A stretch of 64,000 nucleotides of DNA from Promethearchaeia archaeon (GCA_029856045.1 JAHQWG010000039.1:32001-96000), one strand, 5' to 3'. Counted from the first letter of the stretch, positions 1 to 11,385 are shown. Numbers and translations: made by a program. The notes: generated from the sequence alone by a model not told the origin.

Positions 1-803
1 CAAACATCTTTTAATTTTTTGAGAAAATTAGGAGGGAAGGCAATATGGCCTCCTGCTGCTTGCCATGGCTCTAGTATAACTCCTGCGAGTTTTTTGGGGG
101 CCATTCCCATTAAATATTTCTCGACCAAATCAAAGCATTCTAAATTACATTGAGGATCCCTTTTACCATAGAGTCCATTTTTATATTTCCATAAACATCG
201 ATAACAATAAGGGTGAGGAACTCTGGTGAAATGGTCAGTTCCAAAGGCCGAAAATCGTGTGACCGCATGAAATGGTTGTGATACACCAAATGTTGCTAAT
301 GAGGTGCCGTGATATCCGTGGAAAAATGTTAAGAAATGATCTGCGCCCCTCCCTGCAATGATCGCTAATTTTATGGCAGCTTCAATAGCTAAACCTCCAC
401 CTTGGTTATTTACAACAACTCTTCCATCTTTCAGCTTTCCTGGAGCTAGTTCAGCCAATTTATTACAAAATTTAGCGCGAGCAGGAGTTAAACATCCTGA
501 TCTTACGTGAGTTAATCTTTTCATCTGTTCATATACAGCATAATTAACATCCGGATGTGCAAATCCTAAGGCAAGAGTCCAATTCATTGATGTACAATCA
601 AATATTTCCTCTCTTTCACCAGTTTTATTATCTTTTACAATAACCCAGGGTGAACCGGGCTCTTTCGCTTCGATTATCGTTTTAGGCTCAACAAAATTAT
701 TTAGCGAATGTTTATCAAAATTCTCTATTTCTTCTAAGGAAATATCAGATGAGATTCCTTCTAATTCTTCCTTATCAATATATTTTGGATTAATATCTAC
801 CAT
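1..803 (-). CDS. Class III PLP-dependent aminotransferase (partial; runs off the window start)
   Basis: Translated by hand from ATG at 803: MVDINPKY...IFDCTSMNWTLALGFAHPDV...GGGLAIEAAIKLA...FFHGYHGTSLAT...AGVILEPWQAAGG, matching class III motifs (LGxxHP, EAAIK, GYHG, EPxQxxGG). Not in the ORF track because it is truncated. Confidence 0.9.
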   Translation of the reverse strand, partial: MVDINPKYIDKEELEGISSDISLEEIENFDKHSLNNFVEPKTIIEAKEPGSPWVIVKDNKTGEREEIFDCTSMNWTLALGFAHPDVNYAVYEQMKRLTHVRSGCLTPARAKFCNKLAELAPGKLKDGRVVVNNQGGGLAIEAAIKLAIIAGRGADHFLTFFHGYHGTSLATFGVSQPFHAVTRFSAFGTDHFTRVPHPYCYRCLWKYKNGLYGKRDPQCNLECFDLVEKYLMGMAPKKLAGVILEPWQAAGGHIAFPPNFLKKLKDV

Positions 804-926
804 TTTTATACATTCTCAATATATTTTTAATAAAAATAATATCCTATATTTTATCTAAAATGATATCATTTAAGAATTATAATATTAAGCTACTTTAATG
901 GAGTAAAACAAATATTATAATCTAAG

Positions 927-2561
927 ATGATAACAAAAGATTACTTCTTAGGATTGGATTGTTCAACTCAAAGTCTCACGGGAATCATTATTGATTTTAA
1001 AAGTAAAAAACCCGTTATTTCAAGATCACTCCCTTTTAGTGAATATTTTCCTCATTATGATACAGACCATGGGATTATAAAATTTGAGGATGAAAAGGTT
1101 GTTCATTCATATCCACTTATGTGGGTCGAAGCTTTGGACTTGATTTTTTCTAAATTTAGAGAAGCAGCAATTGATTTGAGTCTGATAAAAGCAATTTCAG
1201 GAAGCGGACAACAACATGGTACCGTATATTTAAATGAAAAATTTTTTAAAGCGCTTAAAAATCTTGATTCCAGCAAGAGTCTAAAAGAACAACTCGAGAA
1301 TGTATTTTCTAGGGAGACTGCACCTATTTGGATGGATTCCAGCACTAATAAACAATGTGAAGAGATTAGAGAAACACTTGGGGGAAAGAAAGAGATTATT
1401 AAATTTACTGGCTCAGATACATTTGAACGTTTCTCTGGACCGCAGATAAGAAAATTTTATCAGGAAAATCCAGAAGCTTATAAAAGGACAAAAGTGATTC
1501 ATCTTGTAAGTTCATTTATGGCTTCAGTTTTATTAGGCGATAATGCTCCAATTGATCATGGAGATGGAGCAGGAATGAATTTAATGGACATTAAAACGAA
1601 AAATTGGAGTGATAAAGCATTAAAAGCAACAGCCCCTAATTTAAAAGATAAGCTTCCAGATTTAATTGAGTCTTATCATATTATAGGAACGATCTCTCCC
1701 TATTTTGTCAAAAAATATGGCTTTAATTCTAAGACCATTCTTTTACCTTGGTCTGGCGATAATCCAAATAGTCTTATTGGTGTTGGATTAATCGAGAAGG
1801 GAAAGGCAGCAATTAGTTTAGGTACAAGCGATACGTATTTTGGTTTTATGGAAAAATTACATATAGATCCTCATGGAGAAAGCCATGTATTTGGTTCTCC
1901 AACAGGTCATTATATGAGCTTAATCTGCTTTAAAAATGGCGCTATTGCCAGAGAAAAGATTAAAAATAAATTTAATTTGAGTTGGGATGAATTTTCTAAA
2001 ATATTAGAAAAAATACCTCCAGGAAATAATGGAAATATAATGTTACCATATTTTCTTCCTGAAATTGTCCCGCATATATTAAATCCCAAAGTATATAGGT
2101 TTGGTTTTGATGAGAATAATAAGGATGCAAATGTTCGGGCTATTATCGAATCACAGATATTATCAATGAAACACCATTCTGAATGGATTGGAGAAAAGCC
2201 AGACATTATTTATGCTACTGGAGGAGCTTCAAAAGATATTGCAATACTTCAAATTATTGCGGATGTTAATGATGTTGATGTCGTTCAATTTGAAATCAGT
2301 GATTCCGCTGCATTAGGAGCAGCATTAAGGAGTGCTAAAACTTATTACGATAAAAATGGAGTTAAAAAATCGTGGTCAGATATTGTAAAAGATTTTACTT
2401 CATTGAGAGGAACTGTTATATCTCCTCGAAAAAAATATCGAAAATTGTATGATGATATGGTTCTTTTATATAAGGAATATGAAGATTTTGTGCTGCGTGG
2501 TGGAATAAATCCAGAAAAACATCGCCAAAAATTTAAGGAAATATATTTTAAAAAGAATTAA
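927..2561 (+). CDS. xylB: FGGY-family carbohydrate kinase, xylulokinase-like
   Basis: LGLDCSTQSL, SGSGQQHGTVY, PIWMDSST, ERFSGPQIRK, GDNPNSL, ISLGTSDT and ATGGAS motifs. Confidence 0.85.
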   Translation: MITKDYFLGLDCSTQSLTGIIIDFKSKKPVISRSLPFSEYFPHYDTDHGIIKFEDEKVVHSYPLMWVEALDLIFSKFREAAIDLSLIKAISGSGQQHGTVYLNEKFFKALKNLDSSKSLKEQLENVFSRETAPIWMDSSTNKQCEEIRETLGGKKEIIKFTGSDTFERFSGPQIRKFYQENPEAYKRTKVIHLVSSFMASVLLGDNAPIDHGDGAGMNLMDIKTKNWSDKALKATAPNLKDKLPDLIESYHIIGTISPYFVKKYGFNSKTILLPWSGDNPNSLIGVGLIEKGKAAISLGTSDTYFGFMEKLHIDPHGESHVFGSPTGHYMSLICFKNGAIAREKIKNKFNLSWDEFSKILEKIPPGNNGNIMLPYFLPEIVPHILNPKVYRFGFDENNKDANVRAIIESQILSMKHHSEWIGEKPDIIYATGGASKDIAILQIIADVNDVDVVQFEISDSAALGAALRSAKTYYDKNGVKKSWSDIVKDFTSLRGTVISPRKKYRKLYDDMVLLYKEYEDFVLRGGINPEKHRQKFKEIYFKKN

Positions 2562-2604
2562 AAAAACTTAAAGGTTTAGCCCATGTGTTTTTTATCCTAA
2601 AATT

Positions 2605-5600
2605 CTATATAATTTCAACCATTTTAACTGGTTTTATTATAACTGGGCCAATTAAGCCCGAAGGCATAAATTCCTTTTTCCTTTTATGATTTTTCCAATT
2701 TTTCCCTCCTTTTTTACCATACCCAATCAATCGATTACGCAATGTTGGAGTTATTATAATTTCAATAATATTTTCTCCAGTTTTAACATAATCGCTAATA
2801 TCTACTTCATATGGATAAACCAATAATGGTTGAGTATCAATATTGTTAATTTTTACAACTGCAACGTCGTGAACTCGACCGAGATTTAAAATTAATTTTA
2901 AGTCTTCTTGGATGTATTTTTCATCTAATGAGAATTTTGATGTATAAACACCTTTACTTGAGCAATATTTTAATTCCATTATATTACACCAATCTTTTAA
3001 TTCCTCAAAATAAATTTGAATAGGTGTGAAATTACCCAAATGATCTCGTAGCTGAGTTTTAAAATCCCATTTTTTAAGTGGAATAGGAGGAGGTATTTCA
3101 TTTTGGATTTTTATAACTTTCTCAGAATCATTGCTTAATTTTACTAAAAATTTACCAGTAGTTTCAATTAATCCAAAAATTTTATTATTAATTCTTTTAG
3201 TTTTGATTGGACTCTCGACAACATGAAACTCTTCTTTACTTTTCCTAAATTCTATGATATAAGAATCATAAGCATCAAAATGTAAATGCATTTTAATATG
3301 ACCATTTTCCTGTTTATACTGGACTGCTTGACTAATTTCTCCTGTCCATGGATTTAATATAAAAGGAATTTTGTCAAAATGAGAAAATATCATTGAGATA
3401 TTTATCGGTTGATTGGTTGAATGACGAAGGAAATAACAGTCAGAATTTTCTGTAGCCTTATGAATGTAATAAATTGAAGGTTGTTGTCCCTCATATAAAA
3501 TTCCAGGTTTAATTTCTAAATATTCTATAATATATTGAGATATATTTATAGAACTCTCAACGTAATAAGATTTCTTCTTTTCAATTAAATTCTTAATAAT
3601 GCCTTCTATCTCTTTATCATTTACTTCAAAATCTAAATATCCGGGTTGTTTTTTAGGTAAAATATTGATGAATATAATTGGGATTCCTGATGCAGCAATA
3701 TCATTTAGTTTACTTGCTAAATCAAGTGAAATAGCATCAACACTCGGTAGTATTAATACCTCAAATTTAGCTCCCCCTATTAAAATTTTATTTTCCTTAA
3801 CTTTACTATTTAATATACTTTCTTCATTGACGTGTGTATAATAAAAACCATTTGCAGTTAGGTTATCTGCTAAATTTATTAGAGATAAAGTCCACTTGTC
3901 ATTGCTGTCTAAATTTTTCTTATTTTTTAAATAGGCGTTAGTCTGACCTTTTGCTAAAGGAGCATCATTTTCATCCAAATACCCACCGACCAATTCTTCT
4001 TTTTTTAATATGGAATCACAATAATTAAATACTGGATAAAAGATTGCAACATTAGATACAGTTTTCCCGTGTTGTAATACATATTGGCATCTAGTTATAT
4101 ATTTATTCATTAGAGGAAAATACTCAGAAAATGGATTCATTCGACTAAAATTTGATGAAAAATTCATTAAATTTGGTAAATAAGGTGTAGAAAATCCACA
4201 ATAACCAGGGTATGGAAACAATGGATTCTGATAAGGGAAACCATGATATATCATCTGATTAATTCCTGAAATAAATAATCTATCTGCAGCAACTTTCCAC
4301 TTAAGTGGGGTTGTCATGTAATCTCTCTGATTCCATACAATGGATTCAGCCGTGACAATGGGTTTCTCATATATTAAACCTGCAGAACCAGCTAATTTCA
4401 AAAAATCAATAATTCCTCCAGCATAAAGTTGTTCGGTTTCGGGTATATGAGCAATTCCAAAACATTTTAAAGTATCTGTTCTAATACCATAAGCTTGAAT
4501 TCGATTTTTTAATTTATACTTATTGGCCCAATCTGTCATTGTTTGAACAAACTCTTCACAAAATAAGTCTGAAATTGTTTTTTCAAAATCATATCTAATT
4601 TTATCTCCGCTATCATCTTTAAAATCAAAACAAGGAGTTTCGCCACCAATAAATGCTTGGAGATATTTATTATCTCTATTTGGAACAAAACATACCGGAA
4701 GAAAGGGTGTTAAATCATATCCTCGTCGCTTTTTAAATTGTTCTAAAAAATTATCTGTCCATAACCAATCAGAACTTAATTCCAAACTATCTGTGAAAAA
4801 TGCCCTTAAAGTATTCCCATAATAATTCCCAAAATATTTCTTTCCTTCCCCTAGATGTACATCTAAATGCTTTCTAATAGAATTAGATGAGAGATGATCT
4901 ATAACCAAACTAACTTTTTCAGGAGAAGATCTGCAATCAAATAATGGTATTGATCCTGAAGGACCCTTGTAGAAAGCAAATATCTGCCAATCGCCTTCAG
5001 GTACTTGCCAATCTAAAATATTATTATATTCTACCTTATCAGTTAATATTATAATTGATTCTTTATCAAGATAAGCGGTCTCAATTTCTTTATATTTGAT
5101 TTCACCTGGTTTTCCTATCGGTTTAGCTGCTACAACAGCTTCTACTCTCATATCTTCCTTGAAAAATTCCCTCTGACCTAGCCCTACATTTGGTGGTTTT
5201 TGAAATTGTGGTAATTCACCTACATAGCGTATCGGGCCTTTTATAATTTTTTGCCCGATTAATAAAACTTTCATAGAATCATCTTTAGTAATGTGAGTAC
5301 CTCCAGCAGGCCAAGAAGAACCAATAGTGATGTCTATTATCATATCTCGTTTTGATGCTTCTTCCAAGACAACCTTAATCATTTCATAGTAATAGGGTTG
5401 CATAAACCTATGAGAACGAGCAACTCTTTTCATATCTTTTTTTTCCAATCCCATTGGAGAACCTATCATAAAAACTTGAATTTCGGCTCCTAAAAAACCC
5501 GCCTCATCCAATTCTTGGACTTCTTTTACCAATTCTTCTTGTTCTACATCTAATCCCGTCCACCACCAGCGCACTGTTGGACCAAAAGATTTAGGAGGTT

Positions 5601-5658
5601 GTATAAATTCATCCCAATCAATATCTTTTAGATTAAGCATCTTTTTTCGATATTTCAA
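2605..5658 (-). CDS. Glycoside hydrolase, GH106 alpha-L-rhamnosidase-like
   Basis: PTVRWWW, GFLGAEI, GSSWPAGG, FFTDSLE, GINQMIYHG, C-terminal LNLGRVHDVAVVKIN and PSGLIGPV. No obvious signal peptide. Confidence 0.8.
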   Translation of the reverse strand: MKYRKKMLNLKDIDWDEFIQPPKSFGPTVRWWWTGLDVEQEELVKEVQELDEAGFLGAEIQVFMIGSPMGLEKKDMKRVARSHRFMQPYYYEMIKVVLEEASKRDMIIDITIGSSWPAGGTHITKDDSMKVLLIGQKIIKGPIRYVGELPQFQKPPNVGLGQREFFKEDMRVEAVVAAKPIGKPGEIKYKEIETAYLDKESIIILTDKVEYNNILDWQVPEGDWQIFAFYKGPSGSIPLFDCRSSPEKVSLVIDHLSSNSIRKHLDVHLGEGKKYFGNYYGNTLRAFFTDSLELSSDWLWTDNFLEQFKKRRGYDLTPFLPVCFVPNRDNKYLQAFIGGETPCFDFKDDSGDKIRYDFEKTISDLFCEEFVQTMTDWANKYKLKNRIQAYGIRTDTLKCFGIAHIPETEQLYAGGIIDFLKLAGSAGLIYEKPIVTAESIVWNQRDYMTTPLKWKVAADRLFISGINQMIYHGFPYQNPLFPYPGYCGFSTPYLPNLMNFSSNFSRMNPFSEYFPLMNKYITRCQYVLQHGKTVSNVAIFYPVFNYCDSILKKEELVGGYLDENDAPLAKGQTNAYLKNKKNLDSNDKWTLSLINLADNLTANGFYYTHVNEESILNSKVKENKILIGGAKFEVLILPSVDAISLDLASKLNDIAASGIPIIFINILPKKQPGYLDFEVNDKEIEGIIKNLIEKKKSYYVESSINISQYIIEYLEIKPGILYEGQQPSIYYIHKATENSDCYFLRHSTNQPINISMIFSHFDKIPFILNPWTGEISQAVQYKQENGHIKMHLHFDAYDSYIIEFRKSKEEFHVVESPIKTKRINNKIFGLIETTGKFLVKLSNDSEKVIKIQNEIPPPIPLKKWDFKTQLRDHLGNFTPIQIYFEELKDWCNIMELKYCSSKGVYTSKFSLDEKYIQEDLKLILNLGRVHDVAVVKINNIDTQPLLVYPYEVDISDYVKTGENIIEIIITPTLRNRLIGYGKKGGKNWKNHKRKKEFMPSGLIGPVIIKPVKMVEII

Positions 5659-5768
5659 TTTTTCAAGATTAATTAAATTTTTATAATTGAAAAGAGTAAT
5701 TCTTTACCAATCAATTCAATTATCAGATAAATAAAAACTTATAAACTTCAAAGTTTAAATTCATAATT

Positions 5769-7079
5769 ATGTCGAGACGAGATATTGCTTGGTATGAAAA
5801 TCCTGAAATAAAAGGTTTATTTATCAAAGCAGCAAGCAATGCAATGCGTGGATACCATTCTCCCATAACAAGTCCCAAAACTACTTTTACTGGAACAAAC
5901 AGTTTAACTGATTTTATAAATCATTTAGGAGCATTTTTAAAGGATGGAGAAAAAAGGGTTTTGATAGTTGTTGATAAAGATTTGAGAAAGTTTGGAGAGA
6001 AGGTAGCTGAGCGATTGGCAACTTTAAAAGGCATTGATTCAAGGCTATTCGATAATGTTTTATCAGATGTTCCCAAATATACTGTTTCAGAAGGAGTAGA
6101 AATCTGTAAAGAATATGATCCAAAGGTAATTATATCTGTAGGAGGAGGTTCTGCTATTGATACCAGCAAAATGATTTTATTATATTATGAGAAACCGGAG
6201 ATTAATCTAAATAATTTAATGGCTCCAAGTTATTTAGGTCTTAGAAAAAAAGTATATTGGTTAGTTGCTATACCAACCACAAGTGGAACCGGAGCCGAAA
6301 CTACTTTTATTGCGGTTGTATCCGATACAGATCGAGACCCGCCAAAAAAGACTGAAGTTGTATTATATGAACTTTGTCCGGATTTCGCCGTATTAGTTCC
6401 TGAATTTGTAAAAACTATGCCTCCATACTTAACTATGGGGACAGGAATGGATGCTTTAGCACACGCTATGGGGAGTTATGTCTTAACAATGAGTACGGAT
6501 TTTTCAGATATGTGTAATTTAAAGGCCATTGAATTAATATTAAAATATCTTCCACGTTCTGTGAAAAGAGGAAATGATATGGAGGCACGAGAGAAAATGC
6601 AGTTAGCCGCTTATATCGCAGGATTGGGGTTTGGAAATGTTTCTGGTGGAATTGAACATTCAATGGGTCATTCATTTGGGGCTTTGTTTCACGTGCACCA
6701 TGGGGTATGTGTTGGACTATTTCTATGTGCTTCAATTGCATATCAATCGAAGGTAACAAATCGCTTTTTGGACTTAGCGAGGTTATTTAGCGTTAATACA
6801 GAAGGAAGAAAGCGTAATGAGATATTAAAAGAATTATTAGAAAAATTAAGAGAGTTCATGAGGTCGGCAAAGTGCCCTATTTCTATAAGAGAACTTGAAC
6901 AGCCAAAAATTTCCAAGGAAGATTATTTAGCCAATATTGATCAAATGGTTGAATTTGCATTCAATGATTATTGCACCTTATCTTCCTCACGTAAGATTGA
7001 TCCTCCTCAATATAGAAAGATTTTTCTTATGTCATATGAAAACAAAATAGAAGATTTAATGGATTTATATTATAAATAG
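5769..7079 (+). CDS. Iron-containing alcohol dehydrogenase
   Basis: GGGSAID, IPTTSGTGAE, GMDALAHA, HSMGH...HHG metal ligands. Confidence 0.92.
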   Translation: MSRRDIAWYENPEIKGLFIKAASNAMRGYHSPITSPKTTFTGTNSLTDFINHLGAFLKDGEKRVLIVVDKDLRKFGEKVAERLATLKGIDSRLFDNVLSDVPKYTVSEGVEICKEYDPKVIISVGGGSAIDTSKMILLYYEKPEINLNNLMAPSYLGLRKKVYWLVAIPTTSGTGAETTFIAVVSDTDRDPPKKTEVVLYELCPDFAVLVPEFVKTMPPYLTMGTGMDALAHAMGSYVLTMSTDFSDMCNLKAIELILKYLPRSVKRGNDMEAREKMQLAAYIAGLGFGNVSGGIEHSMGHSFGALFHVHHGVCVGLFLCASIAYQSKVTNRFLDLARLFSVNTEGRKRNEILKELLEKLREFMRSAKCPISIRELEQPKISKEDYLANIDQMVEFAFNDYCTLSSSRKIDPPQYRKIFLMSYENKIEDLMDLYYK

Positions 7080-7096
7080 AGAGGAGATGATAACAA

Positions 7097-8953
7097 ATGA
7101 CACAATTATTTGGATATAATGGAAAAATTGCATATATAGACTTAAGCAATCAGAAGGTTGATATTAAAGATCTTGATCCTCAAATTGCAGAAAAGTATAT
7201 TGGTGGAGTGGGTTTATCAGTAAAACTGACTTATGATCTCCTTACGGATAAAGATTATGAAATATTAAAATCAGATCCGTTTGCTGGTATTAACCCACTG
7301 ATTTTTGCAACTGGACCTCTAACAGGAACTGCTACACCTTCTAGCAGCAGATATTCAGTAACGGGGATATCTCCTTTAACGGGAATTTGGGGCGAAGCAA
7401 CGTCGGGGGGATTTTTCCCAATAGCGCTAAAAAGATGTGGTTTTGATGCAATTATTATAACTGGTAATGCTGATAAGCCTTTATATTTGTTTATAAATGA
7501 TGGTATCATTGAATTTAAAGACGCAAAAAATGTATGGGGCAAAAATACAAGGGAAACAATAGAATTAATTAAAAAAGAAATTAATGATGATAAGATTCGT
7601 CTTGCATGTATCGGAAAAGCTGGTGAAAACTTGGTAAAATATGCAGCGGTAATAAATGATGAGGGAAGGGCAGCGGGAAGATGTGGTCTCGGAGCTTTAA
7701 TGGGAAAAAAGAAATTAAAAGCGCTCATTGTTAAAGGAAAAAAAACCATAGAATATTATAGTAAAGATGAATTAATATCTAAAGGCAAAGCCTCATTAAG
7801 AAATATACATAATTCTTTTGCAGTTAATTTCTTTAGTCATTATGGCACATTAATATATTCTGATATGGGAATGGTTCTTGGGGATATTCCGGCAAATTAT
7901 TTCACAAATACGGAATTTGTTGCTGAAAACTTAACAGGACGGGCACTAAAAGAACAATACCCCGTTTTGAAATATGCATGTGCGGGATGTACAATAGGTT
8001 GTGGAAGAATAACAATTACAGAAGTAAACGGTGAAGAAATCGAAGTTCATGGACCAGAATATGAAACAATGGCAGCTTTTGGTCCAATGTGCGGAATCTT
8101 AGATTTTAATCCGATAATTAGGGCAAATCACATTTGCAATCTTGAAGGAGTAGATGTAATATCTGGTGGTGTTTCGATATCATTTTTAATTTATCTTGTT
8201 GAAAATAAAATCGCTTTGGATGAAATTAAAAAAAAATTATCGGATATTAACTTGGAGGAAATAAAATGGGGTAATGACAAAGTTGTACTAAAGTTATTAG
8301 ATAAAATTATTAAAAGGGAAGGAATTGGAGATGTTTTAGCAGATGGTGTCCGTATTATGGCGAAAAAATTGGGAGTAGATCCTGGTTTAGCTGCTCATGT
8401 TAAGGGTTTAGAAATTCCAATGCACGACCCTAGAGCATATGCAGGTCAAGCTCTTACATATTTGACATGTTGCACAGGAGCTAATCACAATAAAGGTGAT
8501 TTCTATAATATCGATGGAGATGCCGCATCATACCCTAAAATGAGAAAAGGTGATCGATTTGATATTAATGGTAGAGAAGCATCAGTTATGGCATATCAAG
8601 ATTTAACCAATATATATGATTCCAGTGTAATTTGTAATTTCACTCATGTAAATATTTCCACTATGTGTCAATTATTAAAAGCAACAACTGGCTTTGAATC
8701 CCTTGGGAAAAAGAAATTATTCATGAAAGCAGGGGAAAGAGGTTCAAATATAAAAAGATTGATTTCATGCAAATTAGGAATAACAAAAAAAGATGATGCC
8801 CTACCAGAAATTGTCACCAGAGTATTAGAGAGTGGTGGTACAGCTGGATTTAAATTGAATTTATCAGAAAATTTGAAAGAATTTTATAAAATAAGGGATT
8901 GGGATGATAATGGTGTCCCAACGAATGAAAAATTAGATGAATTGGAAATCTAA
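7097..8953 (+). CDS. aor: Tungsten-dependent aldehyde:ferredoxin oxidoreductase family protein
   Basis: GYNGKIAYIDLS, SPLTG, GRAAGRCGLGALMG, CAGCTIGC, GPEYET, KGLEIPMHDPR. GAGGAG SD-like sequence lies between it and the ADH gene, suggesting an operon. Confidence 0.93.
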   Translation: MTQLFGYNGKIAYIDLSNQKVDIKDLDPQIAEKYIGGVGLSVKLTYDLLTDKDYEILKSDPFAGINPLIFATGPLTGTATPSSSRYSVTGISPLTGIWGEATSGGFFPIALKRCGFDAIIITGNADKPLYLFINDGIIEFKDAKNVWGKNTRETIELIKKEINDDKIRLACIGKAGENLVKYAAVINDEGRAAGRCGLGALMGKKKLKALIVKGKKTIEYYSKDELISKGKASLRNIHNSFAVNFFSHYGTLIYSDMGMVLGDIPANYFTNTEFVAENLTGRALKEQYPVLKYACAGCTIGCGRITITEVNGEEIEVHGPEYETMAAFGPMCGILDFNPIIRANHICNLEGVDVISGGVSISFLIYLVENKIALDEIKKKLSDINLEEIKWGNDKVVLKLLDKIIKREGIGDVLADGVRIMAKKLGVDPGLAAHVKGLEIPMHDPRAYAGQALTYLTCCTGANHNKGDFYNIDGDAASYPKMRKGDRFDINGREASVMAYQDLTNIYDSSVICNFTHVNISTMCQLLKATTGFESLGKKKLFMKAGERGSNIKRLISCKLGITKKDDALPEIVTRVLESGGTAGFKLNLSENLKEFYKIRDWDDNGVPTNEKLDELEI

Positions 8954-9028
8954 ATTAACCTTAATTTTTTTTTTTCTATATTTTTCTGTAAAAAAGAATC
9001 TCTATTTACGATTCGATTTTTCTTTCAA

Positions 9029-9253
9029 TTATAATACTTTAAAAAATTGGTCCAATCGTTCCTTACTTTGATATTTAATAAGTTTTCTTAATGATTTTTT
9101 ATCTATACTATCAGTTGCTAACAGAAAAGTCTTAAATTCTCCATCTTGCTCAAAGTTAGCAATTATTTCTATGGTTTTATCTTCTTCTATTTTTACACTC
9201 TCTATCGTATTAAAATCATATATTTGTCCAGATTTTAATTTAATTTCCACCAT
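9029..9253 (-). CDS. Hypothetical protein (74 aa)
   Basis: Clean ORF with ATG start filling an intergenic gap; no recognisable motif. Confidence 0.6.
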   Translation of the reverse strand: MVEIKLKSGQIYDFNTIESVKIEEDKTIEIIANFEQDGEFKTFLLATDSIDKKSLRKLIKYQSKERLDQFFKVL

Positions 9254-9288
9254 TTTTTAAAACCATTTCACTTAGATGTGCTACCTTG

Positions 9289-9351
9289 TGAAGTAATTAT
9301 TACTTCAAATAAAGATAAAATCAATTTATTTTAATATAGAATTGATTTTAA
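9289..9351. repeat. Two adjacent inverted repeats (TGAAGTAAT-T-ATTACTTCA; TAAAATCAATT-N13-AATTGATTTTA), possible operator or terminator
   Basis: Seen directly between the thermosome 3' end and the start of the 74-aa ORF. Confidence 0.4.
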
Positions 9352-9394
9352 AATTTTGTTAAAAAAAAATAAAAAAAATAAAAAATCAATAAAT

Positions 9395-11077
9395 TTACAT
9401 CATTCCAGGAGGCATTCCTCCCATTCCACCCATTCCACCCATTCCACCCATTCCTCCCATTCCTCCCATTCCACCTGGAGGCATTGGGGGCATAGCAGAT
9501 TTTGAGCCGGCTATTATATCGTCAATACGCAGGATAAGGCTTGCTGCTTCATAAGCAGATTTTATTGCTTGCTTTTTGACAACGGTTGGTTCGATAACAT
9601 TTAAAATCATCATATTTTTCTCGATTTTTCCCTTCTCCAGATTAATTCCCGCAAATTTATTTCCACTTTGATGAGCAGCTCTTAATTTAACCAAAATATC
9701 AATTTGATCAAGACCTCCATTTTCAGCAAGTGTAGTCGCAATAATATCTAAACTATCAGCAAATACCTCAACAGCTAATTGTTCTCTTCCTCCAAGAGTG
9801 GATGCAAATTTTCTTAATTGAATAGCAGTCTCTATTTCTGGAGCACCTCCACCGCCAACAATATTCTCATCTTCGATAACATCTTTAACTACGCTCAAGG
9901 CATCATGTATCGCACGTTCTGCTTCATCTACTATTAATTCTGTTCCACCACGGATTAAAATCACTACTGCTTTAGGATCTTTACATTTTTCTACAAAAAT
10001 CCAAGAATCTTTCATAATTTTTCTCTCTTCTACTAATCCCGCATAACCAAGTTTATCTTTGTGTAAATCATTAAAATTTGTGAAAATCATACCACCTGTT
10101 GCTTTGGAAAGCTTTTCTAAGTCAGATTTCTTGACTCTTCTTACAGCCAATACTCCTGCTTTAGCCAGAAAATGCTGAGCCATGTCGTCAATACCTTTCT
10201 GACAAATTACTACATTTGCACCAGTATTGATAACGTTATCCACCATATTTCGAATCATATTTTCCTCCTGATCAAGATATGCCTGTATCTGCTCTGGACT
10301 AGTGATCTGCAACTTACTATCAAATTCTGTTTTTGTAATCTCTATTGCAGATTGAAGCAATAAAATTTTAGCGTCTTCAACGATCTTTGGCATACCAGGA
10401 TTAACAACTTCTTTATCCAAGATAATGCCTTTAATTAATGTTGTTTCATCTATGCTTTCACCTTCCTTTTTCTGAATTTGAACCTTATCTAAATCTGCTC
10501 TCCATTCTCCATTTACTTGCTCCGCAACAGAGATCATGGCTTCTACACAGATATCAGAGAGTAAATCTCTTGATTCTGCAACCAATTTAGAAGACATGGA
10601 AGTCATTGCTATTTTCTTAAGTATATCCTTATTTTCTATAGTTGCTTTTTCAGACATATTATCCAAAATTTCTAAACCTTTATCAGCGGCTTTTCTGAAA
10701 CCTTCAGCAATTATTGTTGGGTGTATCTTTTGCTCTAATAATTTTTGAGAGCGTTTTAACAATTCACCAGCGAGTATTACTGCAGTAGTTGTTCCATCTC
10801 CAACCTCAGAATCTTGTGTTTTGCTCACTTCCACCATCATTTTTGCTGCTGGGTGCTGTACATCAATTTCCTTAAGAATTGTGGCGCCATCGTTGGTGAT
10901 TACAATATCGCCAAATTGGTCCACTAACATCTTATCCATGCCTTTAGGTCCAAGGCTAGTTCGAACAGCTTCAGCAATCGTGATTGCAGCCATTATGTTA
11001 TTACTTTGTGCGTCTTTACCCTTAGTTCTTTCAGTTCCTTCTTTTAAGATCAGAACTGGTTGACCACCTAGTTGCAC
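9395..11077 (-). CDS. ths: Thermosome (group II chaperonin) subunit
   Basis: [35 protein letters not shown]; C-terminal GGM-repeat tail; GTG start. Confidence 0.98.
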   Translation of the reverse strand: MQLGGQPVLILKEGTERTKGKDAQSNNIMAAITIAEAVRTSLGPKGMDKMLVDQFGDIVITNDGATILKEIDVQHPAAKMMVEVSKTQDSEVGDGTTTAVILAGELLKRSQKLLEQKIHPTIIAEGFRKAADKGLEILDNMSEKATIENKDILKKIAMTSMSSKLVAESRDLLSDICVEAMISVAEQVNGEWRADLDKVQIQKKEGESIDETTLIKGIILDKEVVNPGMPKIVEDAKILLLQSAIEITKTEFDSKLQITSPEQIQAYLDQEENMIRNMVDNVINTGANVVICQKGIDDMAQHFLAKAGVLAVRRVKKSDLEKLSKATGGMIFTNFNDLHKDKLGYAGLVEERKIMKDSWIFVEKCKDPKAVVILIRGGTELIVDEAERAIHDALSVVKDVIEDENIVGGGGAPEIETAIQLRKFASTLGGREQLAVEVFADSLDIIATTLAENGGLDQIDILVKLRAAHQSGNKFAGINLEKGKIEKNMMILNVIEPTVVKKQAIKSAYEAASLILRIDDIIAGSKSAMPPMPPGGMGGMGGMGGMGGMGGMGGMPPGMM

Positions 11078-11217
11078 TTTTAAATTTCATCTCTTCCTTT
11101 TAAATTTCAAAATTTTTTTAATACTATTTAAATGATCTCAATGTCATATAGATTTTAAATTTTTCTCTATTTTAACCAAGAAATATTTAATTTCAAGAGA
11201 ACAAAAATTTAAAGAAG

Positions 11218-11385
11218 TTATTTTGAACGTTCTCTTCTTTTTGGCCGTAGATCCTTACTCCGGCATACTCTACACTTTACGGCTTTAATTGGATTATGCG
11301 CTCCACATTTTCTACATATTGAATGTTTGGCTAATAAATGATATGCGGCAATCTTCCTCTTAAGTGGATCATCGATGGGAGCCAT
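11218..11385 (-). CDS. rpl40e: 50S ribosomal protein L40e (55 aa; below the ORF-track cutoff)
   Basis: Translated by hand: MAPIDDPLKRKIAAYHLLAKHSICRKCGAHNPIKAVKCRVCRSKDLRPKRRERSK, with the ICRKCxAxNP...CRxC...LRPK signature. Confidence 0.95.
   Translation of the reverse strand: MAPIDDPLKRKIAAYHLLAKHSICRKCGAHNPIKAVKCRVCRSKDLRPKRRERSK

Noticed and set aside
9400-9490. 9-bp tandem repeat at the thermosome 3' end
   Set aside because: Ordinary GGM chaperonin tail.
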